NCBI GenBank assembly: GCA_021613535.1
Contig: CP075494.1
Coordinates: 2,108,001 to 2,172,000, forward strand
Direction: 5' to 3'
Source of the DNA: Adineta vaga
Lineage: Eukaryota > Animalia > Rotifera
DNA: 64,000 bases
Shown here: piece by piece, positions 35,674 to 49,167 of the stretch
How positions within the stretch are numbered: the stretch's first letter is position 1
Layout of the letters: each line of letters opens with the position of its first letter
The notes under the pieces: generated by a model
The model's input: only the letters and a program-made list of their open reading frames with translations
What the model was told of the DNA's origin: nothing
The model's database searches: none
Position numbers and translations under genes: made by a program

Positions 35674-35733
35674 TCTTGAGGATGGGTGCGAGTGGGCCAA
35701 GAAAATAACCATACTCTCACCCACACTCTAAAT
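35674..35733. repeat. Telomere-like inverted-repeat element (a more decayed copy lies at 35341-35417)
   Basis: tcttgaggatgggtgcgagtggg ... ctcacccacactctaaat. Confidence 0.75.
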
Positions 35734-36244
35734 CTTATTAATCTGTTTTTAATCGATTCTTCTTTGTAAAGTGGTGACGGCAGAATATAAATGAAATATA
35801 ATAAAATATAAGTGTGATCCGTGTAAATGAATAACTATCAATAGACTGACAATTATTAAAAAATAAAATAATCATTTGAGATAATTGATTAAAAAAAAAC
35901 AAATGGGACTCAAAGAAATTCTAAATGGTGAGAGAAAACATCAATGAATCATTTGAAATGAGCTTTATTTTGTATATTTACTTTTGATCGACTAATATTC
36001 AATAGAAGAATTAAAGTAGAAATAAAAGTTTAACTGAATGAAATGATTTGATAGTGCGTGAGTGAGATTGATGTAAGTCGGCATTTTCGGGAGGGAGGAT
36101 GACCTTAACTCTTTTTGGACGGGATTTTCTTAAAGAAAAAACACAAAAATCAATCTTTTCAGAACCGACTGATTCTAATTTTCATTCAAATTTATTGATA
36201 TGACTTTATAGTATGATAGTCGTGAAAATAATTCGGAATGCATG

Positions 36245-36299
36245 TGAGGCTGTGGAAGGGTACAAGTCAGTGTCTCTACCCTCACCCACCCACACCCTT
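36245..36299. repeat. Telomere-like inverted-repeat element
   Basis: tgaggctgtggaagggta ... taccctcacccacccacaccctt. Confidence 0.8.
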
Positions 36300-36400
36300 T
36301 GTATTAAATTGACATTTACTTGCATGATAACATTCGAAACAAATACACATGATTCGATTTGGACAAGGTCGATCTTGAAACCATGATGCATTATTTTTAC
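36300..36400 (-). pseudogene. Orphan fragment of an EGF-like/GPCR-linker exon
   Basis: The minus strand translates NNASWFQDRPCPNRIMCICFECYHASKCQFNTKG and then enters the repeat; comparable to CKFYTKNIG in the 6-10 kb receptor. Confidence 0.6.
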
Positions 36401-36504
36401 GATCATGTACGATGTTTGATTAAAATCAAATGAAAACAATTAGTATTGTGTTTATTTGTACATAAACACATAAAAGTATCTTCATCATGAAAACAGGCAA
36501 ACTT

Positions 36505-36545
36505 TGTGGGTGCGAGTAAGAACGAGATCCCCATCCACACTCGCA
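36505..36545. repeat. Telomere-like inverted-repeat element (short, diverged)
   Basis: tgtgggtgcgagt ... ccccatccacactcgca. Confidence 0.65.
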
Positions 36546-36960
36546 GCTAATAATAATGACTAGTTTCACGAAATGCAACGCTACATGTATCTATGTGGTG
36601 CTTTATTGTCTTTTGTGTATATTTTGAGAGATCACTAGTATTATCGTTGGTCTTACTAGACAGTAGCTTGTCTACGAAGGAAATCAATAAGTTTTTTTTC
36701 TTTTCATTGCACATCTCTGTGTACGGTTTTGATTAAACATGGAGATAAAATGTACACATTCTATATTTCTAATAAGAAATGATATTAAAAGAAAATATCT
36801 TCGTTCTCTTACTCGTCATCAACCGATACATGAACGATAATAAAAATCACGTCATTTTTCTGTTCTTATATCTTGTATAAATAAAACCATTAGGTTTTAA
36901 TAGCGCGACAGAACAGAGAGAGAAAAAAACAGACACTTTTCCCATTTTATAAACGTTAAT

Positions 36961-38478
36961 ATGATACTACTGATGACATTATATGTTATACTTGGTCTAA
37001 TTTCTTTGATTATTTTCTATATTTATTGGAAATATATTTATTCAAAAAAAAAGATTTATAATATATTACGTAATCAAGGTCTACCATGTGAACCATTTAT
37101 TCCATTTGTTGGTCAATTACCTGATATACGACGTGCAATTGCTGGTGATAATGCCATGAACTATCGATTAGCTCTGGCAAAAAAACATGATTATGTTTAT
37201 GTTTCTTCGTTTGGTCCATCAATACATTTGAATGTAATGGAACCAGATATGCTTGCTGATGTTTATGGTCGATCACATGCGCAAGATTATACAAAACCAG
37301 ACGATACTGTAATATTTTTTAAACCTTTAATTGGTATACATAATTTATTAGTGAGTGAAGGAGAAGAACATGAACATGAACGAAAAATGCTCAATCCAGC
37401 GTTTCATTTCATTAAATTACAATCAATGATTCCTATAATAGTTGATCAAACAAATAAATCTTTTAATGATTTTCTTTCAACAACCAAACAAGGTAAAGTA
37501 GTTGATTTACAAGTAGAATTAGCTATTCTTACATTAGTAATTATATCATCCAGTGCATTCGGTAAAGGTTTAGAAACGATGACGAATGCAAAACAAATTA
37601 TAAGTCATACATTTAATGATTTATTAACAGCTATATCATACCGAACTATACGTGCAATTAATCTAATACCAATTATTTGTCGATTACCATTTCGGCGCAA
37701 AAATATTGTGGATAAAGGTTCACGCGAAATTTCTCTATTTGTTGATCAAATCATTGCTGATCGTCCATCTCATCGATCAACTAGTTTATCTTCTAATGAA
37801 GATATTCTTGATCTTCTACTTACAGCAGTTGATAGTAAAGGACAATTGTTTAGTGATCAAGAAATTAAAGATCAAGCATTAGCTTTCATATTTGCTGGCC
37901 ATGAAACAACAGGTAATTTAATGGCATAGATTATGTATATATTAATGATACATGATGATGTATTAGAAGCTTGTCAAGAAGAAATCGCTCGAATACTTCC
38001 GAATAATATGGAACCTAATTATGAACAGATGAATGAATTGATTGTATGTGAAGCAATTATACAAGAAACACTTCGTTTATATCGACCAGAACCAATGACT
38101 GTGCGAAAATGTATTCGTGAACATTACATCGGTAGTAAAGAACATCGTCAAATATGAATTCCTGTTGGTGCAAGTATTCTACTTAATACTTATGTTCTTC
38201 ATCGACGAGAAGAATTTGATTATAAACGCTGGATTCGAGATCCTGTGGCAGGTCTTAAACCAAAATTAGCTCATCCATTCTGTTATTTACCATTTGTTGC
38301 TGGACCACGAAATTGTATTGGTCAAAATTTTGCTTTACTTGAAGCAAAAATTATGTTAGCAATGCTTGTCCAACGATGTCATTTTCAATTGGAACCTGGA
38401 CAAAAAATTATTCCAGAAAATCACGTTACTATGCCACCAAAATATGGATTACAAGCAAGAATTACTAAACGATCATAA
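36961..38478 (+). pseudogene. Cytochrome P450 pseudogene (CYP4/CYP72-like)
   Basis: AGHETT, ETLRLY and PFVAGPRNCIG all in one frame, interrupted by TAG (37927) and TGA (38155); short in-frame deletion in the meander/PERF region. Confidence 0.88.
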
Positions 38479-38854
38479 CAAAAAAATATAATTTGACTTT
38501 AGCTATTAAAAGAATTATCAGTTGACTAGTAATAAATATCTCATAAACGTAATAGCAATTATGATGCAGAAAAAGAATTTGCTAAGAAATCACTTAGATA
38601 TGATACAGGTGGAAATCAAATGTATTAGCAATATTTTAGCAATTCGAAAAGAAAGAAATACTTCATAAAAGAGTTTCATATATGCCATCCTGATGATGAG
38701 TGTGACTAACGAAGGGGAGAGGAGACGGATTCGAAAGAATCTGAAGGCTGAAGGGGTCCATGGGATCTAAGGACCCATGATCCGCTTTTCTCCCTTGTGG
38801 TGTTCTATACGTTTTGTATTGGTTTGGCGCACTTGTCATTAGAAACATTGCAAC

Positions 38855-38878
38855 CGCCCACACCCACACCTTCAAGAT
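38855..38878. repeat. C-rich half of a telomere-like element
   Basis: cgcccacacccacaccttcaagat. A possible partner arm tgagtgtgactaacg at 38697 shares spacer sequence with the 41179 element. Confidence 0.7.
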
Positions 38879-39362
38879 GAAAGAAAAGAGTTAAAGAATC
38901 ATAATAACAACTCGTTGATGACTTGATATAAGTTTTGAATAAATTCGATCAAGATTTTCTCGACCAATCATAATAAAGTGTGGGATAAACAAGTTTTGTC
39001 ATCGTCAATTTTTATAAAAGAATCATTATTATTCATTGCAAGAAGAATAAATATGCAGATGTGACTCCATACATTAAAATACTTATAAATAAGTACTCAC
39101 CTATTCAAAAGAACCAAACTACTTTTCTAACAAAACGTTTATTTTTACAGGTACTTTTTGTATGAATCAGCCCACTCTTCTGTCAATACGTTTGTCCTTA
39201 CAGCTAAAATACATGAAAAGACAAGGTTAAAGAAAAATGTTTTTCGCTTACTTTTTTTCAAGTTAAGGTTTTTGATATTCTGCTAGTGCTTTCGATTTAT
39301 AAAATGTAAGAAACCCTAGTGAATAAAAAGTACTTTTTTTTGTTTTGTTTAAGAGTAACACG

Positions 39363-41055
39363 ATGGAATCCGATCAAAAAGGTATTCTTTCAGTAATTAA
39401 TATCTTTCCCGTTAATCCTAAGACAAAAGAAATAAGAAAACTTCGTCGACGTCGTTCAATCGTTCGTGAATTTAGTTTGAACACATCAATGCATGGTATT
39501 CCAGGCATTGCTAGAAGCGAAAGTGTACAAAATCGTATCTTTTGGACGATTATATTTTTAATATTCGCAAGTATAATGTTCTTTTTTATTATTCAAGCCA
39601 TTCGCGCATATTTCGACTATCCAACGCAAACATCGGTGAGTATTATTAGTGAACGACAACAACAATTTCCTGCATTAACGTTTTGTAATGCCGGTGCATT
39701 TCGATATGATAAGTTTATTGGACCATTTCTGAATTATGTAAATAACTTAAATCTAACAAATGTCATGAATGCAGATTCATCTGGTTCAATTCAAACCCAA
39801 TTAATGAGAAGTTATTTACCGTTTATTATAAATCAAGGTCAATCCATAGAACCATTTATGTATACTTTGGACACGATGATGATAGATTGTCAATTTGAGC
39901 AGACGTCATGTTCGGCTAAAGATTTCATTTCATTCTATTCATCAGCATATGGTCGTTGTTTTACATTTAATGCTAAAACAAAAAATTCCAGTTTACATTA
40001 TAACTATATGAGTAGTGATGTAAGCAAACTTACGGTGCGCCTCTATCTCTATAGCTATCAATATGTATCTCTTATAACAGAAGGTAAAGACAAACATATG
40101 AATATCTTATATTTCTATGTATTTAGGTATGGGTATGATGGCAATGGTACATGATAATGAGCAATTACCTCTCATTGAGAGAGCTGGGATGACTTTAGCA
40201 CCTGGTTTCAAACACAGATTGACCTTTACGAAAAAAACAGTTTATTCTTTGCCATCTCCTTATTCATCTTGTACAAATGAAATTCCTCTTGCAATGAAAA
40301 TTATGTTTGATCAATATGAAGGCGCAGATTATACCTACTCAGAAGATATTTGTTATATCATATGTGCACAAGCATACATGTAACGCTTTGAAAGATTACA
40401 ACGCAAAAAAGATGTCCTTTTTTCTATTTTCAGTTATGATCAATGTGGATGTGTCTTTCCGGGACAATGGAATGCTCGCTCTATAGTTTTACCGGGTACG
40501 AATAAAGTTGTTCTAGCACCCTTATGTAATGCATCTGACAGTTGCTTTGCGATAGCAATGCATAATTTCGATTCGACGCCGTCTATTCATGATGATTATT
40601 GTTCATACTGTTCACAGCAATGTTCGATTACAAATTTTATTGTTAAATCATCAATCATGACCACACCATCTGAATGGCTTATGACGACTATTAAGAATTT
40701 CGTTGAAAATTCATCGGTGCCCTTGGCCAGTGATTGGTCCACACAATGGCGTGAACATATTCGTACAAGTTATCTCTCATTAGAATTATCAGGTGAATCA
40801 ACTCTAATTGAAAACTATACTGAAACGGCATCAATGGGATTTGTTGATGTTATTTCAAATGTAGGTGGACAGACAGGTCTATGGATTGGTATCAGTTTTC
40901 TATCATTAATGGAAGTCATAGAAATGCTCTATCGTCTTATACGATATCACATTTATCTTGTTCGAAGAGGCTTGACTAAAAATACAAACGTGCCGAATAC
41001 TCCGAAACCTGATTATGACATTGACTCTATTCGAATCAAAGATAGTAAAAATTAA
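39363..41055 (+). CDS. DEG/ENaC (ASIC-like) amiloride-sensitive sodium channel subunit; introns 40084-40126 and 40380-40433
   Basis: TSMHGI gating motif, TM1, FPALTFCN, YGRCFTFN, Cys-rich thumb, GGQTGLWIGISFL TM2; introns splice in frame. Confidence 0.92.
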
Positions 41056-41178
41056 GTTTCTAACGTTAAAGTAATATTTATAATCATACAGCGATGATTT
41101 CATTTTTTCGCAAAAACACTTGTAATTTGACAAAAACGTTTTTCTTAATCAAGATGACTATTGAACGTGACATAATTA

Positions 41179-41248
41179 TAGGGTGTGGGTGTGACTAACG
41201 TTGGTTCTTACGATATCTTTACCCTCACTCACAGACACCTACACCCAA
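41179..41248. repeat. Telomere-like inverted-repeat element
   Basis: tagggtgtgggtgtgactaacg ... accctcactcacagacacctacacccaa. Confidence 0.85.
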
Positions 41249-41807
41249 AACAAAAAATTCATTGAGAGTATCTATGTACTTCCATTCATTCAGGTAAGAA
41301 TATCTTGGTTGGAACGATAAGAAACTTTCATTGTTATAGATTTGAAATATTTTTACCCTGTTTGTTTGATACTCCCTTATAGTATATGTATCAGTCGAGT
41401 TAGATATACATTTGTTCACTTTGTAAGTGTTTAAATCTTTTAAACGAAACGAGAAAATTTCATTCGATTGACGTCATACAGATAGATTCAAAAAATAAAC
41501 GCGTATATAAGAGTGAAATCACAAACTTTCAGTGTAATTATCATTCAATGGAAAGGTGCAGTACAGAAAAACAAGTTCGTTGTTTATATTTAACTAAGAT
41601 ATGTTGCTTCATCTTTTCATACGGATTAGAATCATCCTTAACCAACAATCATAGCAAAAAAGATAGATAAAGATTCTTATCTGCATACAAAACCTGTCAC
41701 ATTCACAGGTTATTCATGCATATACGTCATAACTCACGTAGCATCACCTATAAAAGTATCTAGGTGCTCTTGATTTATCAAACACAAACCACAACTTTAT
41801 TATATTG

Positions 41808-42746
41808 ATGTGTTGTGTAAAACGATACTTGTATGGATACTAGCCACTTTTGCTTTGATAGAGAACAAACCACCCATATCCTCGAAGAATGACGTAGTTC
41901 ATCAATTTATGGTACAACAAAATCATCATGAAGAAAAGATTGTATCTGCTACCAAAACGTCGAACAAGCTGATCCGTTGTCTCAAGCATTGCTTTTTGAC
42001 ATTTCCTCTCATGATTCATTGGCTATTCCATCACGCTGCGACACTTATGTACAATCTGAAAGATGTGTAATGAATCTTGTTGTGGATTATGTTAAAAACA
42101 AAGGTACTGTCGATTTTACCAGTAGCAACGTGACTGATGTTGTCTTTGATGTTAGTCTGGAAGTGGACAGTCATTTTACTTATATGAACAGCATGCTGAG
42201 AAAGATGTATATTGGGCGTATAGTTGCACGACTTATGATGAATGTAGTAGCAACTATTTTAACAAATATGCTTTATATTATCTTGAATTGACTAAACAAT
42301 TACAAAGTTTGCATTCTCAACTGTCTACATTCATCTATAATAATGTTAGTTCATCAAGTGTACAACAATGTTATGGTGAGTCGAATGTCAAAATGGCATC
42401 TGTGGATTTATTTCAAACGATATCCACAATGTAGCCGCCCAGTATACTTGTAGTGCAAAGCAAGATCATCCAGATATTTTTTTATGAAATAATTGAAGCA
42501 TCATCAATGAATACAAGAACAAAGACAACAAAAGAGATTTCTTTTACATGTAATCTGGATAAATGCAATCCTCCTGAAAATGGAGCAGCGATGAAAAAAG
42601 TGATTGAAGATAACTGGGTGGGTGTTTTAGATATTAATTCTGCATCGCAAAGCATGGCTACTATTTCAATGCATTTGTTGAGCGTTTATTTAATTATCGT
42701 ATTTTTCACAAAGTTTTTTTTAAAATCCAAACACAGTTTTAAATAA
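41808..42746 (+). pseudogene. Fragmented Cys-rich secreted/GPI-anchored-like gene
   Basis: Pieces in several frames with paired Cys, FTCNLDKCN and a hydrophobic C-terminus; no continuous frame found. Confidence 0.35.
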
Positions 42747-43065
42747 GAAAATTGGCAAAGGGACACGAAAGGCTAAAAAGCATACGCGAAGAAATTAATG
42801 CCGAATACAAAGAGTGAGTAGTTGACTAACACCTCAACACTCTCTTTCAAATCGTATTTCGCAAAACATCAACACAAAAACTATTGAACTTTACAAAAAG
42901 ATACAGGCAATCTAATATTTACTCTACTTATTCAGAACCATCTCCAAAGTTTTCTCTTAGTTTCTTCGTTTTTTTTTCTTAATTTTCAATAAATAAAATC
43001 TTTATTTATTATATTGTTCAAAAAAGAAATTGTTGAATTTGTCTTTGAAAACATAAAATTGAGTT

Positions 43066-43249
43066 TCAATATTTATTTTTATAAATTCCGGATGGTGAAA
43101 CAAAAATAGGAAAAGCAATCATTGACGAAACAAGCAAAAAGAAATAGCCAAGAATTAAACGTGTTAATGCAAGAAGAAATAAAACAATAGACGCAATTAA
43201 TAAATGTTGGTGTTCTCGAATTTGTTCACGTAACATTTCTTTATATGAT
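43066..43249 (-). pseudogene. Orphan C-terminal (TM6-TM7) fragment of a 7TM receptor paralogous to 6096-7028
   Basis: YKEMLREQIREHQHLLIASIVLFLLALTRLI...GYF...FPIFVSPSGIYK vs FKEHVYQQMKNHKQLLITPAVLLILALPRLV...GYF...FTIFVLPSTVY; begins at the edge of the repeat element. Confidence 0.75.
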
Positions 43250-43297
43250 GGGGTGTGGGTGTTAGATAGATATAGTATCCACATTCACCCACACCCT
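43250..43297. repeat. Telomere-like inverted-repeat element
   Basis: ggggtgtgggtgttaga ... tccacattcacccacaccct. Confidence 0.88.
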
Positions 43298-43435
43298 TTG
43301 ACAAACACCGTATTCGAATTGATATATTATTATTAAATGATTATCCACGATATTTTATTCCAAAACATTTCCATCGATTCTTTCAACCAAATAGAGTACA
43401 CATGTCAACCGCGTTGTTAGTAGCTCTTCTAGCTT

Positions 43436-46400
43436 TTATTTATCAAGAAGAATAAGTTGTAATCTCTCACGCACAGTTTCCAGGTGTCTTATATACAATT
43501 GCAAATAAGGATGGTTGGGAGGCAGTGAACGTTGTCCAATTTCAACGGCACGTTCATACAACGGGACAGCTTCCAAGTATTCACCCATGTCGTCATATGC
43601 TTTTCCGATGTTGTTATATGATATTGCTAATTCCGGATGATTTTCAGATAAATTGTTTTGACGAATCTCAAGTGCCTTTTTGTAAAATGGAAGTGCTTTC
43701 GAGTTCTCGCCCATATTGTTATATACCAAAGCGATATTGTTGTAGGATGTAGCCAATCTGAGGGGATGTAGAGGGGCAGCTTCTTGCAAGATCTCCAGCG
43801 TCTTTTCGTACAACAAAAGTGCCTTTGGGTAATCACCGATGTGGGAATATACCAACCCCATATTGTTGTAGAGCTTATATAGCAGGGGATTAGAAGCAGA
43901 TAGAGTTTTCTGAGAGATATTGAGGCATTTTTTGTAGAATGACAGTGCTTTCGAGTACTGACCTATTTCGTCATAAATCGAACCCATGTTATAGTAGGAA
44001 GTAGCCAAAATGAGATGATTTGTGGGAAGTGCTTTTTCGCAGATTTCACTAGCATTTTCGTAGAAAGATAGAGCTTTCAAGTATTCGCCAGTGTACTCGT
44101 ACATGGAACCGATCCTGTTGTAAGAATCAGCCAAAAAGTGATTGTCAGAAGGGAAAGTATTTCGGCAGGTCTCCATACCTTTTTCGTAGAACATCAAAGC
44201 CTTCGAGTATTCACCATTGTGCTCATACATGAAACCAATATTTTTGTAAGAAATAGCCAAAAGAGAATTGCGACAAGGGAAAGTGTTTTGTAAGATTTCC
44301 ACTGTTTTCTCGTAGAAGGAAATTCCTTCCGAAAACTCGCTAATGTTAGCATACACTGAAGCGATGTTGTTATAAGCGGTAGCCAAGGAGATATTATCAG
44401 ATGGGACACGTTTTTGCGCAATATCTAGTGCCTTTTGGTAGAACATAAGTGCTTTCGAACTCTCACCGATTTTGTTATATACTCCACCAATGTGATTATA
44501 GGTAGTTTCCGACAAGTAATCGTCTAAATCGAGTGCTGCTTCTAGAATTTCAATCGCTTTCTTGTAAGACGAAAGTGCTTTCAAGTACTCCTCGCTCTTG
44601 CAATACGTGGAGCCAATGCAAACGTAGCTCAGGATCAAATCAGGATGGCTCCGGGGGAGATTTTTTTCACGAATATCCAGTGATTTTTGATGAAACAAAA
44701 GCGCTTTTGAGTAGTCATACATCTTTTCATACAACAGAGCGATATTGTTGTAAAAAGTGGCGCAGGAAACATCGTTAGTAATCAGAGTGTTTTCCTTGAC
44801 TTCCACGACTTTCTCGTAAAACCAAATGGCTTTTGAATAATCGCCTATTTCTCGATAACAAGAACTGATCTTTATGCAGCAATTCCTCAAATAAGGATGG
44901 TTAGGAAGGAAAACTTTTTCTAAGATTTCGAATGCGTTTTGATAAAAAGGGAGTGCTTTTGAGTATTCGCCTAGTTCTTCATACACGCAACCGATGAAGA
45001 AATGGGTTTTAGCGGTATTTTTATGGTTTAAAGGATCGATACTTTGAATTTTAAGCGCTTTTTCATGGAGCGACAGTGCTTTCCAGTGCTCACCGATGTC
45101 ACGATATAACGAACCTATGTTGTTGTAGGAAGTAGCTAAAGCGGGATGATTCGGCGGGAGAAATTTTTCACGGATTCGAAGTACGTTTTGGTAAAGTGAA
45201 AGTGCTTTCAAATATTCGTGCATTTCAGCATACGTACAGCCGATGTTGTCGTAGATCGCAGCCAAATATGAATCGTTCGATGGAGTGATGTTTTGACAAA
45301 TTGCAAGTGCTTTTTCGTAGAACGAAAGTGCTGTCACGTATTCTCCCATGTGAAAATACAGCACTCCTATGTTATTGTAGGAAATAATAAATGAGGGATG
45401 GTTCGGATAGAGAATCTTTTGTTGGATATCAATTGCTTTTTCGTACAAAGGAACTGCTTTCAGGTGTTCCGACATATCAGCATATACAGAGCCGATGTTT
45501 ATATACAAAGTGGCCAAGTAAGGATGGATCGAGCCAAGATTTTTGGTGAAAAGTTCAAGTGCTTTTTCGTAATACAAAAGTGCTTTTGAGTACTCGCTCA
45601 TGTGATAATATACCGAGCCGATATTGTTATAGAAAATAGACAAATTGGGGTGGCTTGGAGAGAGAGCATTTTGCTGGATTCTAAGTGCTTTTTTGCAACA
45701 CTGCAGTGCTTTCAAATATTTCCCCATGTGATTATAGTGGATACCGAGGTTACTATAACTAGTAGCCAATTCAGGATGATTCGGAGAGAGAGTATTTTGC
45801 GCTATTTCAAGCGCTTTTTCATCAAACGATGATGCCTTAGAGTATTCTCCCATGTTACAATAGACCGAACCGATGCCATTATAGCAACGAGCCAAATCGA
45901 GAGGATTGGGTGGGAAAGTTTTTTGTACGAGCTCAAGTGCTTTTTTGTACAAGGAAATGGCTTTCTGGTACTCTCCTAAATGGTTATGGACATTGCCTAT
46001 AGAGCAGTAGGTAGTGACCAACAGTGAACTGTGCGAAGATGCAGGTCCTTGGAAGCATGCACGCGCTTTTTCCAGTGAAGAAAGTGCTTTTGAGTACTCG
46101 CCCCTGTTGCAATACACCGAACTTATAAGGTTGTAGGTGACAGCAAAATTGGGATGGTTCAGAGGCAGAGATTCTCGGTTGATTTCGAGTACTTTTTCAT
46201 AAAACGAAAGTGCTTTCAAAAATTCGCCCATATTGGAATGAACCAACCCGATATTGCTATAGATAGAAGACAAATCTGGATGGTTCAGAGGGCGAACTGT
46301 TTTTATGATTTCGAGAGCTTTTTCATAGAGAAAAAGCACTTTCGAGTAATCACCAATCTTAGAGTATGTGTTACCCAAAGAATTGAACAAATAAGCCAAG

Positions 46401-48068
46401 TCGGGTGTGACGTGAGGGAGTGCTTTTTCGGCGATGTCCACTCCTTTTTCGAGAAAGGATAATGCTTTGGAGTGCTCGCCAATATCGTTATGGCAAATAC
46501 CAATGCTATTGTAGATTCTAGCAAACACAAGATTGTCTGAAGGAAGAATTTTTTGGTTAATTTCAAGTGAACTGTGACAGAACAGAAGCGCTTGCGTGTT
46601 ATCTCCTTGTTTACTCTTGATACATCCAAGATGGTAAAAGAGATCTGCCTTTACAATGTCATTTGATTCCTGACTGAGCAAAAACTGGAATATTTCTTCA
46701 GCCTTGTCCAATTCGCCAAGCTGTATTAGTAATTTCCCCAGTCGTTGCCATCCTGTTGAGCCTCCAGTCTCACATTGTATTATTGCAGTCAAAGCAGCGA
46801 TCTGCGGATCCTTATCGCTTGTCAAGGAAAGCCTCACTTTCCACAATCGTTCGTTGCCGTTGATTTGCTCCGCCGTACAGATACGAAAGACTGTGTGCAT
46901 GGAGAAGAGAATCTCCTGTTCTGATGTAAAATGGCTGACATTGTCGATGTGGGCAAATGGAACTGAGATTATTGAGTGATCGATAGTTATTTCGAAGAGA
47001 ATTCCAATTAAACTGGGATCATCTTGACTACTCTCAGCAAAAGTAAAGGAAACATCTCGATCGATGCTTGTTGATAAAAAGTTGTTGAACGACATCAGTC
47101 CTCCTATTGACTGCATGAGTTTCTCAAAGTCTGTCTTGCATAGTCCCTGACCTCGATAGACCGTTAAAAGTGGCACTTGATCGTCACTCCATTGCTTCGA
47201 AGTGAAGTTGTTCGATTTGTCGATGGAGATCACGAATGAAAAAAGACATTTTTACAATTGTATCCACTTCTTGAGCACGCAGAGCTCGGTTGAGCATGGG
47301 ATAGAGAAAACATCCGTAAGTGTACCACCAGATGGGTGTCTGTAGTGAATATTCACGTTCGAACCGTGCGATCTCTTCCAACTGGCGTTGATTGTCGCCG
47401 CACTGGAACCGGCAATAGGCGGCTAGTTCTTTGATACATTGTGCATCATTGCCGTCGATTTCCAAGAAAATCTCTTTGAATAGTTGAGTATACATGAAAG
47501 ATTGATCGAGTTTCTCCAGATTTGTTGTAGATGATTCCTCATTAGCCAATAGAAAGCTTATCGGCATCGAGTCTTGATCACATTTTCGTGCAGCTCGTTG
47601 CAGGGAATCACACATAGGACCAATCTGCGTGAAAACACCCTTCACTTTCGGCCACTCTTTTGTCCATTGTTCATGCAACGACTTGCTGTCGCAAAAGACA
47701 AAGATAGAGTCGACCTCGGGAATATCGTGGATGAAGCGTACTGTATATTGTCCGAAAGAACTGGAAACAATGACAAAAATCTTTTCGTCCTTTACATCGG
47801 TGAGATAGTCGACGCATTCATCAACATCAGTGAAAGTGTCGACGGTATTCACAATGCTTCGTAGATCAGTAATGAAATTCTCATAATCTTCTTTGGATTC
47901 ATGGATTGTAGCGTCCAACCAGATGAGAAGAAAGTTCTGCATGATGTGTCTTTTGACATTGGTGTTCACTGGCAGGCTGTTTGTGACGCATTTAGAAAAA
48001 GTGGACAATATTTCGATTTTCTCTCTATGGTTAGAGCTGCTAGCTGTTGTTAATTTTTCGTTGTCCAT
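43436..48068 (-). CDS. Receiver-like domain + R-S-E-type (ARTC/VIP2-like) ADP-ribosyltransferase + ~25 42-aa TPRs; +1 frameshift near 47200
   Basis: FLLIWLD N-terminal domain, WWYT...LNRALR, VYRGQG, FLSTS, EQEILF, then kinesin-light-chain-type TPRs (HP.LA.SYNNIG..Y...GEYSKAL.FYEKAL). Removing one T in cacttcgaag fuses the two ORFs. Confidence 0.85.
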
Positions 48069-49167
48069 ATCTTCTATAATTGTCAAAGGGAAATCGTAAA
48101 AGAATAAATGCAAAATAGACAGAGAGAAACGTCTATTTATGTAATATATTATTTTATTCTTTTCCGACTCTTTTCTGTCATTCGATTTGTTTTCTCTCGT
48201 TTTGATAAAATAGGAGTGCTGAGCGAGTATTCTTCGTTCGTACGTGTCTTTGAGACCATCCACAGAAAAAATTTCTACAAATACCGCGGTAATTGACGGT
48301 TTATTACTTGCGGGTTTGAACGGTGATTCTGCACCGAAAAAGTTAGACCTTTTACTAGGTTTTTCTACACCGCCCGACACCGCCGTATGTTCAAACCGCG
48401 ATTATTAACGATTTCTGAACAAAATGAATTCGTCATATTAATGGTATATTATTTCTGATATCTATCTGATAATCTTTACCTTTTCTATGTTTGTAACCTA
48501 TCCATTATCTTAAGATGATACTTTAACACCTCAGTCAACTCAATAAATACCACTATCTATTTTTCATTTATTTTCCTCTGATTAAATTCGAACTTCTTAT
48601 CGAGTGATTGCAATCCACTAGTTCCATTGAATCATCTGCTGATGTTCATACTAATATCAGATATGATAGTTTATCTAATCAGTGATGCAAAAAACTTCTC
48701 ATTTAGACTGATATGTTTCATTTATTAGTAGATTTATAAGAATCTTACAATTCCTAATAATTTAAAACTCATTCATAATTTTATTAAACTTTCTGAGATA
48801 TTCATGTTGATGATGTGCTATATGCAATATGCAATATATAAAATCTTATTTATTACTCCTAGTCATGATTATTAAACTATAGACAGTCTATTCGAATAAA
48901 ATCATTTCTGGAGACAAATATACATTTATGGGGATCTTTAGTTGATGAACTGCGGTATTATATGTTACGACAAAGTCTAACTATTTGAAATATTATTACA
49001 GTTATGCCTATATGTAGGTCTATACGTCAGAACACATGAGAATACTACTCAGTACACTTATCTTTATTCCATCAGTCGAAAAAAAGATTTGTCTATTTCT
49101 ATCTCTGAACCCTTACTATCTCATGGATATATTGTTACAAATGATCATCCCAACGAAACCTGACTAA

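Noticed and set aside
48069-48380. N-terminal extension of ORF 47184-48380
   Set aside because: Upstream of MDNEK the sequence is low-complexity UTR-like and runs into a degenerate inverted repeat (gcgggtttgaac/gttcaaaccgc, ~48285-48400); probably non-coding.
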